Part shown: one piece after another, positions 54,523 to 64,000 of the stretch
How positions within the stretch are numbered: position 1 is the stretch's first letter
Layout: every line of letters begins with the position of its first letter
DNA from: the human T2T-CHM13v2.0 reference genome, Homo sapiens
Length of the DNA stretch: 64,000 nt
NCBI RefSeq assembly: GCF_009914755.1
Contig: NC_060930.1
Direction: 5' to 3' (one strand)
The notes under the pieces: model-generated
Databases searched by the model: none
The model's input: only the letters and a program-made list of their open reading frames with translations
Told to the model about the DNA's origin: nothing
Position numbers and translations under genes: made by a program

Positions 54523-55215
54523 ATAACAAGAAAGTTCACTTGAGGAAAGAAAAGTGAAAATGAAGCTAAGTCATTGATTTAAAACATCATATGGTCAGAT
54601 TTCTTGCAGGCATTTTGGATATATTATGCTTGATGAGAGAGCAAACAAGCCAACCAACAAACCCAAACAGTGATGTCACAACTTATTAAGACCTTATCAA
54701 ATGCCAGACCCTGTGCTAAGGGTTTTATTTACACTGCCTCACTTAATTCTTACAGAAATCCTATTACGGATACAATTTCTTTATAAGAGATCTTAAGAAA
54801 ATATCAAAACTCCCAGAAGGTAAGTCACTAGACCTAGTTCGCAGAGAAATGAGAAAATGAAATTCAGAATGAGAGTATATTAAACTGGTACAGCTATCTA
54901 CTATTTATAAGTGAGAAGGTTTAGGTAAAATTTTAAAAAGGTCAACGTATTTTTGAGAATAATTTTCTGTTTGAATTAATAAATACGGAATATATATTTT
55001 AAACACTAGATTTTCAGTAATTCAAAAAAAGCATTAAAAAATGAAAGGCAAGAGAAGTGTGTCATTAAAAATGTAACTTTTAGCTTTTCCCTTGGCACGA
55101 AACTCTTCCCCATCTCCCTTGCACAGAACATCTCCCTGAGAGAAGAAGAACAATATCCCAAGACTAGGTATAGCAGCTCTTAACACCTCTCAGTTTATTC
55201 TCTCCTCTAGAATGA

Positions 55216-55576
<361 letters not shown>

Positions 55577-55971
55577 AACTCTTCCTCTTTCTAAGACCCA
55601 TCAACTTGGTAACTCCCACCAATAAATGAGTGTTGAATTAAACTGACTGAACTGAATCACATCTCTCCAAACACTGGTCTAGCAGCAACTGACTTCCCCA
55701 TCTCCTGTATCTTATTTGTTCTGCTTGAGAGAAAAGAAAACTGTAAATCAAAAAGAAAATAAAATGTTTGACAATTCCTAAATCCTGTTATAGAAAATAA
55801 TCAAAAAGTATTGATGACATTTGGGGCCATGGCTTATAAAAATGATGACTTAGCGTGGACTGCCAAAAAGTACCCGCTCTGGGCAGGCTAAGTATAAAAC
55901 ACAGCTTCCTATGGCAAGATGAAACCCAGGGGTATTTTGTCCTCTTCCTCTACCCTTCAGAGGGGGCAGTA

Positions 55972-56270
55972 CAGTCCTCCTTTGGTATCCCTAGGGACTG
56001 ATTTCAGTACCCTCTAGGATACCAAAATCTGCAACGTTGAAGACAGTGTGGTATTTGCATGTAACCTATGCACATCCTTCGGTATAGGTTAAATCATCTC
56101 TAGATTACCTATAATATCTAATACAGTGTAAATGCTATGCAAACAGTTGTTATACTGCATTTTAATATTTGTATTATTTTTATTGTTCTATTTTAATTTT
56201 TTCAGAATATTTTTGATCCATAACTGGTTGAATACATGGATACAGAACCCACAGATATGGAGGGCCACTG
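55972..56270 (+). mobile_element. MER2/MER2B (TcMar-Tigger)
   Basis: CAGTCCTCCTTTGGTATCC...GATATGGAGGGCCACTG flanked by TA target duplications. Confidence 0.85.
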
Positions 56271-56489
56271 TACTGAGTCTTATATGCTTTAGTGGGTACT
56301 CTCAGGGCTCTGGTGATGGTGAGAACGTTTTTAGTTCTTGTATATTAAGTAAGGATGATGCAGAAGAAAACACTTCTATAGGAGACCAAAGAATGTTCAT
56401 TTGTAAAGCCACTTTTCAATTTACTTATGTTTTGGAAAATCAGTAATGAATAGAATTAGCTATAAAATTGTTAACACGCATTAGCAATC

Positions 56490-56700
56490 ACATTTGGCAC
56501 CAGTCAGGTCTGTGTTCAAATGTTGAACTTATCACTATTAGCTGTGTGACTTTGGATGTGTTACTTAACTTCTGTAGCCTCATTTACTCATCTGAAAATG
56601 GGACAGTAAATTTCTACCCCCAGGGTTGTAGGGAAAGATTAAAGTCATGAAAGTAAGTTTCTGGCACAGAGAATACCTTCAATTTTTGCTCATTAGTATA
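56490..56700 (+). mobile_element. MIR (MIRb-like)
   Basis: 'tagctgtgtgactttggatgtgttacttaacttctgtagcctcatttactcatctgaaaatgggacagtaa'. Confidence 0.75.
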
Positions 56701-59700
56701 GAAGGCAAATATGCTCGGCTTCTGAATTTTAACAATGCACTCATATTTAGCATATCAATAAGCACTATTAAGGAATAAATGAAAATTATAGTGTTATATT
56801 AAAAAAGTGGGCAAAAAAAGTGTTAAATTCTGGTTTAAGAGTAGTAGCCTGTGCAATTTTATAATATGTGTCATTTTTTGTTTTATAGAAATGTATAATG
56901 CTAGTACTAATATTTCTTAGTGATGGTTCATTGCCCCTCATCATGTTAAGAGTAGAGATATTTAGGTGGAAACTGTATTTCACGTATCAGAGTGTAATCT
57001 AGCATGTCAGTTACACTTGCTCTATAAAAGGAACCCTTTTAATAAATAACCATAATGTAAATTGTGCTTTAAAATGTAAAGTTATTAGAACATTTGCTGG
57101 ACAATCTGTTTTTTATTAATATAAGTTAAATTTAATCTATTTGTGATGAGCACTTTATTTGGTCACATTTTTCTTACAGGAAAGTCTTATAATGACTTGT
57201 GGAGTTAATGACAAGGCCAAATTACACACAGAGTTAAGAGATAGGTAATATTTCTAAAAAGACTGCCTTTATGAACCTGTAATAAATTGATTCCTATCTT
57301 TCACTAATGACCTGAAAAACAACCAAAACCTGTGCCATTTCAAACAAAACTGAGTTAATTACAGTAATTCTTCTATTTTATGCAGAGGAGATTTCCTTTT
57401 AGTTATCACATATCCATGATTACAATATGTGCAGATCCATTTTGATGTGTATAAAATATTGTTAGAAAGATTTGCTGGGTATTCATTTAAAACTAAGAAA
57501 TGCACTAAAATAGTAAAATTTTTAAGGCAGATTATGAAGGATGTATTATATAAATGGGAAAATTCTCAGCCCTACTCCTTACTTAAATTAGCAATGCAAT
57601 TCTTTTTATGAAAATAATGGGGTAAGTTTTACAGTATTGTCCTGTAAGCTTCTTCATATTATTTACTACTTGCATAATGACCACAGTATTATTTTATAAA
57701 TATTATTGTTTCGCATTTGATGCTAGAGAATATGTGAGTTGAGCTTTAATAACAAAAAACATTTCTCACCTTCCAAACGTGCATTTCCTCACATTCATGG
57801 TTCCAGTGTAACTGAAGTATAAATGTAAGAATAAAAAAAAAACCAATAAATAAAAAAAGAATAAAAGACAATGTCAGGTTTTCAAGATATAGAAGACTTG
57901 CCTGGTCAACTGGGTTGGGGATGCAGCTGAGGGTCTTTGTAACATGGCTTGCCACTCAGGGAGGCTCCATCATGGGATTGTAGTGCTTTTTCAAGCTGTC
58001 TGATGAGAGACCTTTAACTTGCAATGTCTAGGTATTGCAATGCCTTCTTCTCATCACGGTTGCTAAAAACACACAGCTTTTTGTCAGGCTACAGAATGTT
58101 TTAATTCCCAATGCAAATCTGGGTGACATGTTTGTTACGCTAGCGGATATACCTGACAGATCCTATTCTGAGTTTTCCAGGAAAAAACACAGGGCAGCAC
58201 GTTGGCGGGCTATCAATCCTTTTATGTGAGCATGCCTTTTAGTAATCGGGGAAACCGTTTCAAACCAGAACTGATTTGATATAAAAATAATTTGCAAGTT
58301 GTGTTTGTATAATTCCTAAGGTAAGATCATCTTAACAGATCTAGTTGTTAGTTATAAGGATGGTTTTATGGTTTGCATGAAGCAATAAATGATAGTAAAG
58401 GCAAATAAAAATAAAGCTTTCATCACACCTTTGTTAACCTTTAGAAATACATTCATTGAATTTTTAAGTTACTTACACGTATGTATACAAAATGTGTAAA
58501 GAATTATGGTACATGCATTCACCTAACTTATAAAACAGAACAATTACATACACGTTTCTGAAACCATAAATCATAGGTGTTCATGAAAGTATGCTGAAGT
58601 ATTTAGTATTCTGTGCAAAAATAGATATTAAGAAAGCTTTCCTTGAGATTTAAACTCCATCCTTTATTTATAATGGCATACATTGCCTTTAGCCACCAGA
58701 ACACAGGTTCAAATTCAGGTCGCTTCTATGTGAGGAAACCTACCTGAAATGAATTGTTGGTCGCAGTATTTAATAATGTTATGGGCTTGACTGTGTATGC
58801 AGTGTCTCTAGGAAATAAAGTTTCTTGAGCCTAAAAGCAGATTTTAGATAATAGTACACTATGTTCCAAATTTCCCATTTCTGTTTTTAGATTAAAAGAA
58901 AGAAGGATGCCAGTTAAGCCAGCTTTGAAAAATTTTATTAATTGTACATAGTACCACTACAAAGATTTTAAAACGTTTCTCAACTACAAAGAGTTAATAT
59001 TTGCAAGGTTTCAGCAGTATTCTTAATTCCTTTTCTATCTCATCCTTTACATCTTTCACTTGCTTTGTTTCATTCTCATATAAATATCTTCATTTTGAAT
59101 TTATCTTCCCCAATTTCATATTTATTATCTGAGACTGTTCCGTATATGTAAATGTACGCAGAGCTAGTAGTACAAGACTAGAGAGAAATAGGTTAGAATT
59201 GAGCATGTATCCTTTTAATCTTTTCATTGAACATGCAAGAAGCATATTTAGAGCACTTTAATCTTATTTGAATTAATTGTTGTGTTGGTTCAATTAATAT
59301 GTTTGAATTTCCTTATTCAGGGGCAAAATTGTGATAAAGTATTTAAATTTCTATTTGCAGCCCTTACTGTGTGGCATGCAAAAAGCAGCTTATCTTGTTT
59401 CAATTTGCAGGCCACAGAATCTATTTTCCTTTTAATATAGGTACAAGAAAGACTAAGTACCTTGCCTTACTGCTATAAGAGAGAACATTCTGGGACCACA
59501 AACACATTGAAAGAAGATGTTGAATTAACTGGGGATGTTCTGCTTTATTTTAAATATTTTTACTGCTTGGTAAGATAGTAAGATATATCATATTACTCTT
59601 TGAATTATTTGCTATTGTGAAGATTCGGCAAGTCAATGAAGAAATGCCTTTTGAATTTTTTTCTTTATTATTATAAAGTACCTGCTGGAAGGCTCAGGGA

Positions 59701-60182
59701 TATCTAGGTTAATGTGTTTCTATTTCAGTACCGAAAAAACAAACGTGAGCTCTTGGAAGGGTCGTGTTCACATCCCGGTTGACAATAATTTCATAGGAGC
59801 GAGCACCTGCTGAAAAGCTGTGGGTTCTGTGGTAGAGCAAGGGGAGTGGGGGGAGAGAGGCTTTAAACAAAAACTTTAACTGTAAAAGAAACAAGTTTTT
59901 CCTCTGGGAAATTACTCAGAGTGCAATACAAGCATATTTTTCTAATTAAATAGATTAGTTTATGCCTTTGGCACTTAAAAGAAAGTCCTTAGATCCACAG
60001 CCTCCTGAGTTACAAGTATTTCCCGGGTTAATTCTCTCGAAATTAAATCTGGCCCTGCTTCTTGCCATTCTGTTACATTTTTTTTTTCTATTCCTTTTTC
60101 TCTTTTCACCTATGGTTCATTTCCTTCTTTCTCTCTATGATCTGTCCACCTTTCTCTTTCCTATCCTCAACTCTTCTGTCTG

Positions 60183-60230
60183 TTGAAATGAGACCAGCTC
60201 CAACATTGAAATGAGACCAGCTCCAACATT
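60183..60230. repeat. Perfect 23-bp tandem duplication
   Basis: TTGAAATGAGACCAGCTCCAACA twice, followed by TT. Confidence 0.95.
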
Positions 60231-62489
60231 CCTCTCCATCTTCGTACCTTGAGTCAGAATGAATCACTGCATAGCCCGTATCTCCATAGGACTCATTTTA
60301 GCCTGCCTGCCTTGAATTGGTTGCCCACTTGTCCATCCCTCTGACTGACTGCACTGCGGGCAACTTGGAGGCAAAGGTGCCATTTGCCCCCTCCAGCCTC
60401 CAATGTCAGACATACGGTTTTGCATAGAGGAGGCGCTCAGAGGAGGTTGAACTTAACGCTTGTGGTTAATGTTTATCAATGAATAAGTCCTCAAAATCCG
60501 TAAAGATCATTTTCCTTTTTCTTTTTAAATTCACAGCCTTCCTCTTTTACTTTTGCCTTTTTACATCTGTCTCCTCATCGCCTGTTCACTCACTGAGACA
60601 CCCGTAAGTGCCACTACAGAGAGGAGGAGAGAGCTGTGTGTGTGGAGGGTGTCTCCACACTGCCTGTGTGCAGTGTGTGCTGCAGATGTACAGGATTCGC
60701 TGATCCCCAGAAGAGGACTGAAGAGAGACCAGAGCTGAGTGAGAAATCGTATTGTACTAACAAGCAGTCATTGGGAAATCATTTCAAGACTTTGACAATA
60801 ATTTCCCAGCAGTTGGTTGTCTAGAAAAGGGAAGGAAAAAAGGAGAGAAAGCAATAGTATTTTATACTGAATACTAAATAATTCCATATGACAATGCAAA
60901 TCAATTTTGAATGCTAGAAGCTTAGAAATTAAAGCCCACTCAGCCATTAGGTTGTCTGTCTTGATCAAGAAGGCGTGGAGAGTCCCTGCCTCGGAAGGAA
61001 ATGTAGAAAAGGAATTTGAAGGAGGGAGGCTTAAAAGAAGAGCATTTTTCAGTTTGTTCCAAATGAAAGCCACTGCAAGTCAGTTACACAGAGCTAATGT
61101 ATCACTAAAATGGGATAAAGTAAACAAAATGTTAGATGATGCCCTGGCATTTAATACTGTGGAAATCATCTTATATAAAGATTAAAAGAAGGAGGCATTA
61201 AAATCCCAAATAGCATGACTTTATGAAATGGATCACTTAGAAATGTGGTTTGTGGTTTCATTTTGTATGACACATTGGCATATATACACAAAACAAATTG
61301 CTTTGCGTATTGTAACATGCATTTCCAAGATCTCCTGCTTTTGGTGAGTGCTTTACATAAGTGGTTTTTATGTTTGCACCTTTACTGATGGGAATTCGTT
61401 TATAACCTACTGCAGTGGACTTTTTGACTGTCCTTTTTGATGAACTGCTTTTCAGTTCATATAATTTTTTTGAGGCTTCTGTGTCGTTAAAGACTTCTTC
61501 AAATGCTGCATATTATAACAGAAAATTGCACTGAGGAAGAAGGCTGGAGTCAAGGTTAGATAAAGAAAAACAAAATATTTATATTTCTTTCTTCTATATT
61601 TTTTAAACCAATTGAAAATGGCCACTGGTTTATTTTGTAATATTGTGAAGTTTGAGTTCATAGGAAAATTTACTGAGAAAAGTAAATGGAAGTTTTCCAC
61701 TTCTAAAAAAAAAATACAGTTTACTAAAAGATATACATTGGCTAGCAGTTGAGAGGTTGGCAAGATGTCAAGGCCAAAGTCAGATTCGTATTTCTTGCAT
61801 TGTCTGTCAATCACTTTCTAGGAGTAATGTAGCCAAAAAGGAGTCATATCCCTGCATCTCAGTCTTACCACCGGGGCATGAGAGCTGCTTGGAAAGAAAT
61901 TAGAACACTTCCCTGCTTCCCGATGGGCATCAGGGGCAAGGATCCCAGCTTTTGCATAGGACCTCAACATTCTTTTCTCCCACTGCTGATTTCCTTTATA
62001 CCTCTGCTTCGGCTCATTTCTGGGTGAGTTTGGTGGCCCTGTGCCAACCTTTCAGTAAATCTAAGGGACTCAGCTAAAGACAGAGAAACTATATCATTAT
62101 GATAGACACTTTATTTATTTTTAATAGACCAACAAGGCAATATAGCATCCTTATGGAGATAAACAGTTATTTACTTTACACAAGCTCCATAAACAACCCA
62201 TTTGCCACCAGGACTGCCCCAGGTATCTGTGCACATCGACTGAAGGGGCCAAATTCAAGTGTCACTTCTTCCCTGAAGCCTCTCTGGGTACTCTGCTTGA
62301 TGAGATTTCTCCCTGTACTGAAAGCCTATTGTAATGTATTTGTTTTCTGTAGCATATAGTTAATTGTAAATAACATGTCCTTCATCCAGAGATGTGAGGA
62401 AAATCTCACAGCACTTAGTTGAGTTGCTTGATGCTAGAAAAAAGGTTCATGGTTGTGTAAAAATCAAGGCAGGACTTATTACATGTGCA

Positions 62490-63340
<851 letters not shown>

Positions 63341-64000
63341 TTAGCAAAGTCGCCATGAGAGCAGCAAGAGATGGCATCTGAACAGGAGGAAGAATGTAAA
63401 ACCCTATACAGTGTGGGTAGAAAAGTGTTACGTCTAATGTCTGAGGCCACTGAGTGTCCAGGAAGGTGGTTTCTCAGGGCTCAACAACTCCTGGAGGAAC
63501 CATGCTGCCACCCCACAGTACGGTGATTGAAATGCAGAGTGATGATCCTGAGTCATCGAGGAAAGGGAAAATTCTGTACAATAAGCTATGTTTATGAAGT
63601 CAGGGAAGTGTGTAATACAGTTTAGAATGCCATCAAACAATGAATATCAGAAAAATGTTTTTGGATGCTTACAGATATGTCAATTCATAAATGTATGAAT
63701 CCTCTTATTTTCTGACATGGCCAGCTATTTTAGGCATTACTATAGTCTATGCTCTCTCTTCATATCCGTGTTAAAGTAGTTTTACCTCATAGAGTTTAAG
63801 CTCCTCATTGACAGATACCTCACCTCATACTCCTCACATCACTAAAGCCAATGCTGGAGATGCTTTAGGTCATCAATAAATCTTTTATGATTGTTTCTAG
63901 ACCAGGATCCTGTTCACCAGTTATTGAATCTGTATTGCCTCCTGGTTCTTGCTGACTTGTTTATGGGATATCTCAGAATAGTCATTTGAAACCTTCTACG

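Overview
AT-rich (roughly 37-38% GC by eye), CpG-poor primate DNA, most likely human or another ape. It is intergenic or deep-intronic: no CpG island, no intact protein-coding gene, no rRNA, tRNA or CRISPR. Most of the ORF track is chance ORFs or translations of Alu, LTR and microsatellite sequence. The window holds 7 near-full-length Alus plus one duplicated partial, about 10 solo LTRs (MER39, MER41B, LTR18A, LTR41, THE1, MSTA, MSTC, MLT1), DNA-transposon relics (MER2, MER58, MER81, MER94, MER5), and old L1, L2, L3 and MIR fragments. TE-free, motif-dense blocks between them look like enhancers. Family names come from my recall of consensus sequences, not from a database run. Most worth following up: (1) a TE-free 16.6-19.4 kb block with four minus-strand splice acceptors and a 217-codon frame with only two internal stops, possibly a fossil multi-exon gene; (2) a ~500-bp tandem duplication in which one copy received an AluYe-like insertion and the other preserves the empty site; (3) a MER41B LTR that keeps both GAS (STAT) motifs; (4) an intact LTR18A with a C/EBP-ATF motif; (5) an RFX X-box inside a hairpin; (6) a chain of short plus-strand candidate exons. 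I cannot establish a new biological system from sequence alone; these are testable hypotheses.
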